This document shows positions 43,051-59,285 of a stretch of DNA of 64,000 nucleotides, in pieces. A model generated the notes under the pieces. The model was not told the origin of the DNA. It was given only the letters and a program-made list of their open reading frames with translations, and searched no databases. The number at the start of each line of letters is the position of its first letter. Position 1 is the first letter of the stretch. The position numbers and the translations under genes are program-made. The stretch is from the human T2T-CHM13v2.0 reference genome, Homo sapiens, in assembly GCF_009914755.1 (NCBI RefSeq), contig NC_060929.1; one strand, given 5' to 3'.

Positions 43051-44664
43051 GGTTTGGGGGGCATTTTGTTGGGGGTGCAGGGCATTTAGTTTTCTTTACC
43101 ACGAAATCATGGTGCAACTAATGAAATTATATTTGTCCTCACATCTCGTTGTTCTACTTTTCCCCACTGCAAGTCTTAACCCCTTGAGGAAAAATCTGTT
43201 TTCTTTCATCCGTTTCATAAAAGGCTGCAATATTCAGAAAGGTACAAACACAAAGTCATCTATCTGCTTTTCAACAAATACCAAGGCTGTCATTAGGCAT
43301 TTGCATCTCCTATCAGTGTTAACACTTGGAGAGATTAATTAGTTATTTCAGGATGCAAAGTACCTGTATCTAACTACGAAAATCCTGCTAAAGAACTGAG
43401 TTCACCTTAATAGTTTCAAAAATAATGCATTAATACTGTCCCTCAAAGCATCCTTCATTTCTCACTTGCCTTAGTCATCAGCACTTCTCCAGGATGTACG
43501 TTTTTAATATAAAAAATAAGGTAAAATATGTCTCTAATTTTTTTTCTGAAAAATCGCCAACATCTGAACTAAATACTGCATTAAAAAGGAGAGGCACAAA
43601 AATTACATAACCAGTTTTAACATTATATTCTTCTTGGGCTAGGAATTAAGTCATCGCCACCACCTGACGCGTGTAACCAATCTGCTGAGAGCAGAACAAG
43701 CGCCCCTCCTCACCACCCCCCAGAACTGGTCCGAAACAGGATTGAACCGCTTCTAACAAAGGGTGGAAACTTAGAAAAACAAGCCTAGAGTCTCCTATAT
43801 TTCCCCAATGTAACCATTTAAACAATAGATTGGAAATCTCAGGACTCCTTCTCCTTTTGACAACCCTTTATCTCTCTCTTCTAACCAAAAATCAAATCCA
43901 GTGTGCCCTATACTTTTCAATTCCATTTGACTGGCATGGGTTTCATTGAATGCACGTTCCAAAGTTAGACATGATGCTCGGAAAAGAAAATTACTGATCC
44001 TAAATGGCTTCTAAACCTGACTCGATACCTATCATAATGACAGATAGTCATTCCTTTAAAATAAGGAATGCTGGGTGTAAATTTTTAAAGGAATGGTAAA
44101 GAATAGAGAAAAAACACGTGGGGTGTTGATACCATATGTCAAAATAAGCCACAGAAATCTTTTATGAAAGAACAGTCATCAATTATTTAAAGTCTTTTGC
44201 ATTCCAATATTAAAAATGAAACACACCCATTAAGTCTCTTAAAAATGTTATTACATTTCTTGATCGAAGTTCAGTTTTTACATCTTAGGTTGCAAGTAAA
44301 AGGGCAAAAATCTAAGACTGCAGCTTTTACCAATTCATTTGAAAATATATTAGTAAAACGACTGAATTGGATTCAAACAGAATTTATAAGTAAGGTGCAA
44401 ATGGACTACAAGTGCGTGTGGCACAGACCGAGCCGGGTACAGAGGTAGCTGAATAAGTGTAGTTTGCAGTCACTTTGCAGATGCCTGCATGCATTACGGC
44501 TTAACACACGATGAACGTCAAGGAGAATCCAAACCTTCCAACTTTGCTAACCTTTCTCAAACTGCTTAGTTATGCTAGGAGTAGAATCACGTTAATTCAG
44601 AAAACTGAAAAGGTACGTTTCCAAAGAAAATGAGTCCAATGACTTATGAATAACAAAAACTTAC

Positions 44665-44944
44665 CTCTTTCGTGCCCAATTAAGATGTCTTTATGGTTGA
44701 AATACTCTACTTCTTCAGTGTAATTCTGTGTATAGGCAGTATTGGAGCCGGCGTTTCTAGATTCAGTCCAGCGTACTTTCGCATGTCCTCTTGCATGAAT
44801 TTTAAGAGATTTTACTCTGATTTCCCCAGTAACTTCTAAATTTACCCTTCCTGAGACGGTATCCCCACTAGAATACACAGGGACATTGCTGTCATTAAGA
44901 CAGTCAAAGCTTATTGTCAAACTCTTCACCTTTCCCAGCACCAT
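44665..44944 (-). CDS. ARRDC3: ARRDC3 coding exon 1 (280 nt; arrestin N-domain start)
   Basis: ATG at 44944-44942; translates MVLGKVKSLTISFDCLNDSNVPVYSSGDTVSGRVNLEV...KDILIGHER, recognised as ARRDC3; donor GTAAGT (plus 'acttac') immediately after 44665. Confidence 0.97.
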
Positions 44945-45170
44945 GTTTATAACAAAATCTATAAAAATATAATGTAAGACAAAAAAGTCAAGATCGCATA
45001 TAAAATGTGATCTTCACTTAACACTGATCGATATTTTTGCCGTGCAAAATGCTTGCAGGCCGGATCAGTGATTCTCTACAAATAGTTCATTGAGATTTCT
45101 TAAAAAGTCAGGGCAGCAGAGGCTGCTGCTCCGCGCTCCCGCTCGTCTCAGTGGTCTCCTTACAAAGACG
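44945..45170 (-). other. ARRDC3: ARRDC3 5'UTR (TSS approximate)
   Basis: Continuous with exon 1 CDS and runs into the CpG-rich promoter; the TSS cannot be fixed exactly from sequence. Confidence 0.6.
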
Positions 45171-45700
45171 GGCGGCTAAAAGCTGCCAGCTCACTTTAAG
45201 AGCAGCTTTGTGAAAAACAACCCCAGTGCGCAGGCGCAGGCCGCGGCTGCTGTCCGCCCTCCCTGCGCGCCCCCTCCCGCGCCGCGCCGCGCCGCGCTCG
45301 CTCCCTTGCCCGCTCGCTCCCGGGTACAGTAGGTGTAGAGCTAGGGGAAGGAGATACTGGAGCTGCTGGCCGGCTGAACCTGACTTCTCTTCATTGTGGG
45401 CTCCTATTGGTAGGCAGGCTACCGTATACCCTCGACGTGCTATCTGGAGCCCGTTACCGAGCGCACTCTACTAGAAAGATAATGGCAGAGTGGGGTGCGA
45501 GGGTACAAGGGCTGGGTGGGGAGTTTGCAAAGCCAAGTAAGGATAAACTGCAGTGACCAGCCCGAAGCGTGCGTTACCGGCACTGCAGCGTTTTACCAAC
45601 TGCCTGGATGGGAGGAGGAAAAAGTGATGTGTGAAGAGAGATGGGGGAAGGGAGAAACCGGTTGGGCAAGCGGCCGATTGTTGAGCATAATCTAACGAAT
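45110..45700 (-). promoter_or_regulatory. ARRDC3 promoter / CpG island
   Basis: CpG-dense (gccgcgccgcgccgcg); CCAAT on minus strand at ~45406-45410; ACGTG (HRE core) at 45435-45439; TATA-like TTAAAG on minus strand at ~45194-45199. Confidence 0.8.
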
Positions 45701-46930
45701 TTCCAAAGAAAACGTAATAAAACCGGACAAGAAATATTGTTCATAGACAAGAGCATACTTTGCTTGGATTTTTTTTTTTAAACCAGTACTTTGTAGGCAG
45801 GTTGGAAATGAACTCAGTCGAGGTCAAAGGAACCTTAATCCTTTGAAGAGCGAGGTAGAGAAGCAAGTACAATGTAATCAATAGGCTTTGCTGTCTCCTC
45901 AACTTCTTTCTCCTACATTGCTTAATTAGCACCGAAAAACAACCAAGTTGTTTCCAGGATGACACGGGTGGGGGCTGGGGGAAGCTTGATCACTTCCTCG
46001 AAGGAAGAAAAAGTCCTTTTAAGACACCACCTACGGCTAGATTTGCAGAGTAAGACATGATTACAACTCCTGTGTCCAGAGGAATAAGAATAGAGTTCGG
46101 CCTAAAAAAGTACTACCTTATAAAAGGCATATGACATAGTGGTTTAGCTGACATATTGTTTGCAACAGAATCGGAAAATCTTTGTTAGAAATTAGTGAAG
46201 CGCATAAAATTGTTTTTAAAAAGCATGATTTGGTATATAAATAGGGATTTAACTGTGTGAAGCTTTAATTTTCGGCCGAGAGCCTTGGACCATTTAACGT
46301 AGTAATTCTCATGATACATCTTAAATATAGGTACATTTCTCTTTTTATTGTGAATGTTTGGTAAAAAATAGCAGTGCTTTCGTCACATCACACTGGGATT
46401 CAGAGCATAACAGCATAAACTCATCTAGATTACTGGCAATCAACAGAACTGCCTTACAAGAGAAATGTAGAAAGAAAAAATATGAATCTGGTGCTCTCTC
46501 TCTATATATATGTATGACCAAAAATACCTTGGAAGATTTTTGGCTGTCCGTGTCTAAACGTTTTAGATTCTTTTGCGTAGTGTATATGGATAGGTTGAGC
46601 CTATGAGTCACAGTAAACTAAACTTATTGGTCTTGCTGTTTTATTTCAAAAGAAACTAAGCTTTTGGGGGTTGGATTTTAGTTGACAAGGCAATATCTTG
46701 GACTCAACAGCAATATATAAAGAGTATAAATATGCAAACTAGACAATTAATGAGCAGGCCATTTATTTCAGAGTTTAGATCGCTATGCATAAAATTATAA
46801 ATTTGCATATTTAAGTGGGAAAAACAGTCTTATCTTTTCCCTACCTCTTGGTTGACACCTGGTGGAAATTCTAGGTAAAGTACCTGGGGCCTTGTACTAG
46901 CTTTGATTACAGATACTACTTGTGTTTTTT

Positions 46931-46946
46931 CTCCACCTAGTGGTAG
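46931..46946 (-). promoter_or_regulatory. Candidate CTCF site
   Basis: Minus strand CCACTAGGTGGAG vs core CCACYAGRKGGCR (one mismatch). Confidence 0.4.
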
Positions 46947-47348
46947 AAGTGGTGAATTTCCTAGAATGACAGCTTTTCCTCAACATAAGGTCAATGATAT
47001 TTAATAAGCATTCGAAAACCACTGAGCAAGGAATGGATTTAAAAGTGTAGTCCATAATGAATACATAAATTCATTGCACATTTGTGTCTACATTTATGTT
47101 AAAAATTATTAAGGGTTAGTGAACAGCTGAATTCGGATTTTTTTAGTAAAATTTATTTAATTAGAATATAACTCATTTCAGAAAAAATAAGAATTAGCTA
47201 TATAAATACACCAGAATTGCATTTAATAAAAAAGAAGTCTAAGAAATTTATTTGTAGTTTGGAAAATTGTTTTAAAATATTAAATGTTTCATTCCTGTCA
47301 CTGTGTAGTACATTATTCTTTGTGTTTGAAGCTTTCAGGATCTTTTGA

Positions 47349-47784
<436 letters not shown>

Positions 47785-50059
47785 TAAAAACAAAAACAAA
47801 AACAAAAACGCTTGGACCAAATTTTGAATGTTTTCTCTTGTCGCTTTCATAACTTCCCCCTTTCAGATTTTTTGTCTAAATAGCTACTCCTTAGACAGCT
47901 TGAAATGCTGTACTGTAGACATTATCTTGGGCTTCTCAGCTTGCTTCACTGGGCCATTATTGTATTTTGTATTATATTTAAACTATTCGTCTTTACCATC
48001 AAGGCTCTTTCCTACTTCTCCCCAGCCTACGTCTCATATGCCATCTCCTCCTACTCATCTGCTAACTCTCTATAATCCTGTCAAGTACATCTTCTGTCCC
48101 CTTTGTTAGCTTGTCTCACTGTTGCCAGTATGCAGTTACATGTGCTTTTGGTGCCCAGAATAACATCCCACTACTATGTTATCTTCTTTGCTTTTTTCTA
48201 ATCCCTCCACTAGATGCAGTTGGCACTACTGAGTAAAATTCCAACTAGACTGAATAACTAGCTTCCCTTCCCCTTTCATTGCTTCTTCAGAGCTTAAGTA
48301 GGAATCTCTTTTTATATTAGCTTTTGAGTCAAATGGCTCTTTCACCTTAATATATTAAAGTTTGAACTCAATCTCAAGAACTCTATCAAAGACTGATAAA
48401 TGATCATTGCTGTCAAGTTGTATGATATTGAGGAGATATGTTAAGATTACTGCCAAGTTTGGAGTTTTTTGCATATTATATCAACATGCTCAATATTTTT
48501 ATTTTAAAAAAAAAAGGAAGCCATCTCAACTGGAAGTTTTGGTGTTTGGTTGAAAAAAAAAAAACCTACCAGTAGTCAGAATCTGTTTCATAAAGAAAAA
48601 TATGAAATCTATGCTTAATCTATTTTAACTAGCAGCTGATAGGCTCGAGTGCTATGGGACTAAGGGGGATTTTTTTCCTTTGGTCTTAATTCTGTATTTC
48701 AAGATTTTGTAACTCTGACTTAACTCTTTAATATCGTCACAGTGCAGCAAATTTGGCATGCAGACTGGACAGAAGACTTGCTGTATTATTAGCAAAATGA
48801 GTAGTATTTGTTTTTTAGCTTTGAGAGCTATTACAAACATAACGCATATTATGTTTGTTATGTTCTTCATACTTAATAGACTTTTAAATATGTTATGGAT
48901 TTTGTGATGAAACTCACTATCAAATTTGGATTCTGATATCCTTCATTAATAAATAGTATAATTTGTGTTATGTGAACACCATTTAATCTGTTATATTTTA
49001 TTTCTTGATTAAAAGAAAATCACCCATAATTCTACTGTCCGTCCATTCAGAGACACCACTGTTAACATTTTGGTGTATTTCCATCCAGATGTACAACTAA
49101 AGAAGAGCATTGCCAGTGAAGCTATGGCAGTGCATATTATCATGTAGAAGATGAGTTGGTAAAGTTTATTCATCTAAGCTCAAATGGCATCTGGTCTACA
49201 GAAAGAATTAGGAATGCTAAATTTCTTTTCTGAACTACTTTATAAATTTTGACTTTTGACTATGCACAACTTTATATAATGAGGGTAAAATTTTATTTGC
49301 TGTAATAAAATATTTTCTGGCTGAGTGTGGTAGCTCATGCCTGTAATCCCAGAACTTGAGAGGCTAAGGTGGGAGGATTGCTTGAGTCCAGTGGTTTGAG
49401 ACCAGTCTGGGCAACATAGCAAGACCCTGTCTCTACAAAAAATACAAAAATTAGCCAGGTGTGGTGGCATGTGCCTCTAGTCCCAGCTATTCAGGAAGCT
49501 GAGGTAGAAGGATCACTTGAGCCTGGAAGGTTGAGTCTGCAGTTAGCTGAGCTCGTGCCATTGCACTCCAGTCTAGGTGACAGAGTGCGACCCTGTCTCA
49601 AAAAAATTTTTTTTAAATTTTTTTTCAAACATTTGATTATTTTATTTTGAGACAGCTCTGTTGCGCAGCTGGAGTGCAGTGGCGCAATCTCAGCTCACTG
49701 CAACCTCTGCCTCCTGGATTCAAGCCGGGATTACAGGCCGTCATCACCATACTCTGCTGATTTTTGTATTTTTAGTAGAGGCAGGGTTTCACCACGTTGG
49801 CCAGGCTGGTCTTGAACTCCTGGCCTCAAGTGATCTGCCTGCCTTGGCCTCAAAAGATGCTGGGATTACAGGTGTGGGCCACCGTTCCTGGCCAACATTT
49901 TGATAATTTTATATAGGATATGTAGCTTATATAGCATAGCATATCTACTTTGAAATATTTTACTCTCCCAGGGATGAAAGGGCTGAAGAGGCCCATTAAA
50001 GTCATTAAGTCAACTCCCTGCCTTTAAGCAACCTGAGAACCCATTCTATTTTTGTTTTT

Positions 50060-51076
<1,017 letters not shown>

Positions 51077-51484
51077 TGAGTTTTGTGGTAAAGTACAACA
51101 GAAAAGAACCAGTTCCCAGTTTTTAAATATCAAACTTATATATAGCTAGCTGGAATTTCATATTCAATACCTTACCTGGAGATAATTGCCCTTCTAGGTA
51201 TCCACATTTCTGTGTTGATGAAGGGGATCACTATTATAAATGATTTTTTAAACCCTAAAACTTGTCATTTACTGCCACTAACTTCTCAGTACTGTTTAAT
51301 GGAATATTTTTCCAACAGTTCACCACCTAAAGTTAGTTTTATGTACTATTAATTATTATCTTTATGTTATCATAATTTAGAAATTGTAAGGGAGAATTTT
51401 TGCTTTTCACCTATCCTTAATCAGCCCAGTTTTTATGTTACTGTCTTTTCTAGTGTTGGGGACTTTTACTTGAAGAAGTAGCTA

Positions 51485-52055
<571 letters not shown>

Positions 52056-52473
52056 TTAAAATACAAAATTAGCTGGACATGGTGGCAGGTGCCTGTAATC
52101 CCAGTTACTCGGGAGGCTAAGGCAAGGAGAACTGCTTGAACCTGGTGGGTGGAGGAGGTTGCAGTGAGCTGAGATCGTGCTACCACATGCCACCGTGGGC
52201 GACAGAGTGAAACTCCATATCAAAAAAAAAAAAAAAAAAAAAAAAAGAAGTAGGTGTGATAAAGGAACTGTTTGCCAAGGGAAAGCTGTAAGGAGGAGGG
52301 GCAATTTTAGTTTGTTTGCTGAGAACTTGCTACCCTCAGAATTCTAAGTATTTTGTTTCAGGGTCAGGAAACAGGTTAGGTGACAGCTAAACCTTAAAAT
52401 CACACATTTAATCTATGACCTAGCAAATTCCCTTGATGATCAGCAATTTTTTTTTTTTTTTTTTTTTTTTTGA

Positions 52474-52812
<339 letters not shown>

Positions 52813-55408
52813 TAAAGTACGTTTTTAAACCAATACATTTTAGTGAAAACATGAGGCAACTGAAATTTCTTGCTCAAAATTGACATAATATTTTGTAGTT
52901 ATGTATAAATTTCAAGTTATTTTGCTGAAGAGAATGCAATAGAAAGGAATTTAATGCTTTATTAATTTGGACTTTGAAACATATATGAAGGAATTTACAA
53001 GCAGAGGGATATGCATGCTATTGTAAAGATGCATATAACAAAGTATCCAAAGTGAGGAACAGAATTAAATCATGAATAATTTACAGATGAAAATAATTTA
53101 TTCAGTCCTGGTCTTTAGAAAGTGGGAGTAATGTTTAGTAAAGCCAAAATATTTTTGGAAGTTCCAAAGGAAGGGCTCATTAAAATAATAATAAACTAAT
53201 ACTTTTTTTGGTAAGGTACAGGTTAAAAACAGAATTCGAAAGCTAGAGTAGATATCATTTTATCTAATAGTTCTAATGTCCAAATCATCTTTTACAGTTA
53301 GAAATAAGGAATACTTTATTTGTACTGGTGGTCCATTTGATTACAAATAAGTCCTTTAGATTTATTTTTATATTTATTATTTTGCTATTATTTGGGTCTG
53401 TTTTGGTAAAACTTGGAAGAAGCCTTCAGAAAAGTCAATGGATAAGAATACTGGGCTGAGCCTTGCTTGTCTTTTGGGTCTTTCTGCCAGTGAATGAAGA
53501 AGAAGAGAAGAACCTTTAAGACTGAGTCCCTTCATGGTCAAGTGCCCAATGGGAGATTGTTGCAGGGCAAGATTGTAACATAGATTCTTTTTTTTGAGAC
53601 AAAGTCTCATCTCATTCTGTCACTGTTGCCCAAGCTGGAGTGCAGTGGTGATCTCGGCTCACCACAACCTCTCCTACCCGGGGTCAAGAGATTCTCCTGC
53701 CTCAGCCTCCCGAATAGCTAGGATTATAGGTGCCTGCCACCACGCCCAGCTAATTTTTTGTATTTTTAGTAGAGATGGGTTTCACCATGTTGACCAAGCT
53801 GGCCTTGAACTCCTGACCTCAAGTGATCCGCCTGCCTAGGCCTCCCCAAAGTACTGGGATTACAGATGTGAGCCACCATGCCCGGCCGATTGTAACATAG
53901 ATTCTTGATGCTTAAGAGGATAATATGGGAAAGAACAGAAGGTGATACTGTTAATTCTATTTATAGTAGTATAGTAGTAACCTTTCTCATTTTCACAAGC
54001 CCTAGTGATTTTGTGTTCTAAGCACTTTGCTTTTTTTTTCTTTTTTTGGTCTGTCTCTGCAGTGATTTTTTATTTTACTTTGTAAATGTTTTTGTTGTCA
54101 TATGTTCATTTGCACATAATTTGAGTTACTTAAAATTTGCTGGTCACCCCAAATGAAATAAAACATTGGCCAGTAGCTAGGAGATAGTGGTGGTGAATAA
54201 CTGCAAAGATGGTTTAGTGAACTGCATAAAAATCACCAAGACATCATTAAGGAAGTCCCATCAGGGGAGCAGTATGAGAGTGAAGGGCAGACAACGATAT
54301 GTCTCCTGGTGGATGTGGGGACAGAGAGGGATGAGAAGACAGTCATATTAGATAGTCCAGAGACACCTCAGGTGGTTAGGCTCGCATTAAAGAGCGAACA
54401 TGAGGCAGGCATGTCTGGTAATGACAGGAAGTCAAGAAAACTTTTCAGGGGATTGGGAAGCTTGGCTGATAACAGATGATGAGAGGAGTGGGAGGAGCGG
54501 CAAGTGGTGGTGGAGTGAAGCAGTTTTTTTCCTTTCTAGGTGTATAGGACATGGGTACATTAGCTAAGAAGTCCAAAATCCATGAGGTTATTTGTTGACT
54601 GGGGGGGTGTGTGCGTGCGAGAGAGAAAGAGATCACATCATATTGTTAACAGCCGCAATAATGGCATATTTTATGGCAGGCACTGTGCTTTTCACTCATT
54701 ATCCTGTTTGGTCCTTTTAAGAGTTCAATGAGGTAAATCCATTTTATAGAGAAAACAGGCTTAAGGTGATTAAGTGACATCCCCAAGCTGAAATAGCTAG
54801 TAAATGGTAGTGGTAGGATTTGAACCTTTGTTTTTGATCATTAGGCTATAGTTCAAGCAAGTACTATAGAACTATTTATCGATAAGATATGGCCTCTTCT
54901 GAGAAGCCTTCTGTAACCATCCTCCCCTCCCTTAGTTTGGATATGTTTTTCTTTTGTGTTCACAACGCCTTTTAAAATCCTATTCCTTAACAATTTTATA
55001 CATAGTTTGTACATATTATCTCTTCCATAATATTCCAAGCCTCTCAAGGGCACTTTCCTTGTCTTATCTAGTGCCCAAATGTCAAACGTTTTCATATCTC
55101 CAACACGTAGCATAGTGCCTGTCACATATGCACTCAATAAATGTTTATTAATATGGGATAGATTGATAGTAGAATGTTATCTTTAAGAAATTTTTCATTG
55201 TATGATTGTAGATACTGATGAGTAGTTTTTCTGGATAACCACATGAAAACCATGACACTGATGAATTAAAAATAAGACTTAGGTTCACACCATCATTTTC
55301 ATAAATGTATGCTGATTGCCACAGGGTCACTATTGTGAAGTAAGTATCTGATTTCAGTTAAAGTAAATAAGGATTACTAGCTTTTGCTAAAGTAAAATTT
55401 TATGGTTA

Positions 55409-55789
<381 letters not shown>

Positions 55790-56251
55790 TTATTTAAAAC
55801 TGATGAACAAGGAATCTTTCAGCCTGCTTTTAATTGGACCTAAGGAAAAGTGCAATTGTGTACCACAGCAAAGAGCAAAATACCTGAGAGGAAGCTAACT
55901 GAAACTTGTAATATTATTTATCTGTATTTTTAACATAGTATATAGCTTATATAGCTGACATTTAAAGTGTTCTGAATAGATTTGCATCTAGATAATAGAA
56001 AGGTTTATTTCAAAGGCCTTGATTACTGAATATTTTGTTATATATGTTGAGATATATATATATACATGATGTCCCTCTTAAAAATTAAAATCTCTAAAAA
56101 CATTTCTTTGTAGAGGCACTTCTTTATTCATAAATTTGGTAAATTCAGTAGTCAGGTATGCAAAACCCTGGTCGCTAAAATATATATGATTTCAAAACAA
56201 TATTATATACATTTTTTAATTTTTAAAATTATTATTATTTTAATTTTTTAA

Positions 56252-56422
<171 letters not shown>

Positions 56423-57239
56423 TAGCAGAGACAGGGTTTCGCTATGTTGGACAGGCTGATCTCGAACTCCTGACCTCGTCATCTGTCCTCCTTGGCCTCC
56501 CAAAGTGCTGGGATTACAGGCGTGAGCCACCACGCCTGGCCTAAAATTATTTATTAAAATAATGAAATAATTAGGTAAAATCATCATATCTTGGTGTGTA
56601 ATTGAATATGGGTATAGAGGAAGGGTGTTAATTGAATGTTAGAGGGAAGAGTAATCAAGGATGACACTGGATTTCTGGCCTAGGCAACTTGCTAAATGGT
56701 GGAGTTCCTCGCTGAGATGTGGAACATGGGGAAGGAGGAGGAGGATGAATTTCAGTTTTATATTTGTTCATTTTTTATTTTTTAAATTTTGAAACAATAC
56801 AAAGTATACAGAAAATTTGCAGGTACAGTACAGAAGACTTTTTTTCCTGGACCATTTGAAAGTAAGTTGCCAGTATGATGCCTCACTGCCAGTAAAGACT
56901 ATGCCTTCATAGCCATAGTGCAACCATGGAAATCAAGTCATTAACATTAGACATTACTACCATCTAATACTGAAGTCCCAATCAAGTTTTGTTGGTTGTC
57001 TCAATACTCTCCTTTAGGGCAAAAGGATCCAGTTTAGAATCACCTGTTACATATAGTTTTCAGGCCTTTTTAGTCTCCTTCTGTTGGGAGCAGCAATGTA
57101 ACTTTTCCTGGTCTTTAATGATCTTGACCCTTTTGAAGACCAGATATTTTATAGATTGTACCTCTGTGTACAGTTCAACCTGTTTTTTTTTTCAGCCATG
57201 GTTCTGGGTGAGAATTAAGGCTTAACACCCTAAGAAATC

Positions 57240-57787
57240 TGTATTAGTGAGTTCTCCAGAAAAAACGGAATTAATTAATTTATTTGTTAAAAAATAACAA
57301 ATAAATGGCTCATGACGTTATGGAGGCTGAGAAGTCCCATGATCTGCTGTCTGCAAGCTGGAAATCCAGGAAGCTTGTGGTGTAATTTAGTATTAGGTTG
57401 GTGCAAAACTAATTAGTAAAACTAATTTACTTTTAATTAAAAGTAATAGCAAAAATCGCAATTAGTTTTGCACCAACCTAATACAAGTCTGAATTCAGAA
57501 TAAGTCTTAAGACTTAGGAGTGGTGAGGGGAGGAATAGATCCACATACCAGCGCAAACAATCAGAAAGCAGATTGAAACATCCTCCATCTTTTTGTTCTC
57601 TTCAGGCCCTCAGGGGATTACATAATGCCCACCTACACTGGGGAGGCCCATCTGCTTTACTCAGTCCACCAATCCAAATGCTAATCTCTTCCAGAAACAC
57701 CCTCACAGACACAACCAGATAACCTTTAGCTAGATATCTGGGCATCCTGGGGCCCAGTCAAGTTGACAGATACAATTAACTACCACA
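57240..57787 (-). mobile_element. MLT2-type (ERVL) LTR within old L1M sequence
   Basis: tgtattagtgagttctccaga...cccagtcaagttgaca...aattaactaccaca. Confidence 0.7.
57391..57483. mobile_element. MADE1 (Hsmar1-derived MITE)
   Basis: Perfect 24-bp inverted ends TATTAGGTTGGTGCAAAACTAATT / AATTAGTTTTGCACCAACCTAATA including the TA TSD. Confidence 0.92.
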
Positions 57788-58971
57788 GCATGTATTGGAT
57801 GAAATAATTAAGTTTTAAAAACACATTTAGAATGGCATTAATTATGTACCATTCTTGAGAGAGTTGAGCAAATAGTCACTATGTGTTAGGGTTCAGCTGA
57901 AAAAGGCTGAATGATTCGATTTTGATAGGAACACTTCAGAAGTGATGCTGTTTTCTCCTCATTGATTCCTGTCAGATAATGTACAATTTTGGTTTGTCCC
58001 ATTACTAATGATCATTTGAATAAAGATGTGTCTGTCTGAATTCTCAACTACTTGGTTCCCCACCCTGACCCTAGGGAATTTGTAAGTATTTTGTATGGAA
58101 GTTTTTTGAAACTTTGCAAGTATCCTATTTCTTATCAAACTTTCTATTTGTTTGTTTATTTATATGACCATTGATTCATATGAGCCTTAATTTATTGTTA
58201 TTTATCTTGATCTTCAAATTGTGCCCAATTTAGCTAGTAGAAATCCCTTCAAAGTGGCTTATGACATGTCTCCATCATATTTCGACTACCTTCTTTTTTT
58301 CTGGCATATGAAACAAGCTCATCTTGTACTTCTCCTGTACTTCTTGTACTTAACAAGCTCATCTTGCAATTCCGCTGCCTAGCCCTGGAATCAGCCATTT
58401 CTCCAAGTTAGCCCTGAGTCTTTGAAGGAGCACTAGGTATACACCTTGCTTTTAGAGTGTGGTGTACTTTGAGGTTGTCCCCAGTGGAGAGAGCTATCAT
58501 ATATATAGATGTACATATGAATGTATAGACACACAGTTGCAAATTGCATCTATATTTCTGTCTGTCTGTCTCTATCTGTAAAACCATGAGTGTACATTGA
58601 TACCATAAATTCTAATCAAACACCTCAGGGTTTGTTCTAATTTTCTCCCTTTCCATATAGGTAACCTTCTTTTTGACACTGAGAAACCAGGCTCCCATTG
58701 GACTTGTCATATTGACTTATTTGATCAATCCCCCCTGCATGTGATCAATCTCCTGTTTCCACTGTCATCCTCCCTTGAATGTGGATGCCCTCTTTCCCTA
58801 CCTAGGCTCTGCCACCCTGTTTCAGACTGCCCCTCTAGTGGATGTATCCTCACCCTAACCAGGCTGGACCTCTCCATGCTGGACTGGCCTTTGTGTGGTG
58901 CCTTCTGAACCCTGTATCAGGTGGGCTTTGCTTACACACTGCTCCCACTCCCCCTTTTCCTGTGCCCCACT

Positions 58972-59285
58972 GTTGTAGGAAAAATATTGGTTCTTGTCAC
59001 ATGACCAGGAAAGATTAGGCTCACAGATACACAGAAGGGTGAGGAATGGAATTCGTTGGGTTCTGCCAACAGGCTCTCCACCTCACTGATTGAATCCCAG
59101 GTTACCACCCAGGAACAGCAGAGGCCAGACTCCTTGTCCTAAGGCTCCACTCCATCCTCCCAATGCACAGGCCAGTCAGAGAGTCTCTGGGACCGGCAGT
59201 CCAGTTTTTCAGCCTCAGGCTGTTTTAGGCTTGAAAGTGGGGTTTTGCCGGGGGACCCTTGGCTGGCTCCTTGTCTCTATCACCA
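58972..59285. mobile_element. Internally deleted ERV1 LTR (MER52-like)
   Basis: ggttcttgtcacatgaccaggaaagattaggctcacaga...tgttttaggcttgaaagtggggtttt...tgtctctatca. Confidence 0.5.

Noticed and set aside
44115-44120. CACGTG as a possible ChoRE like those of TXNIP/ARRDC4
   Set aside because: Single E-box with no convincing second half-site 5 nt away
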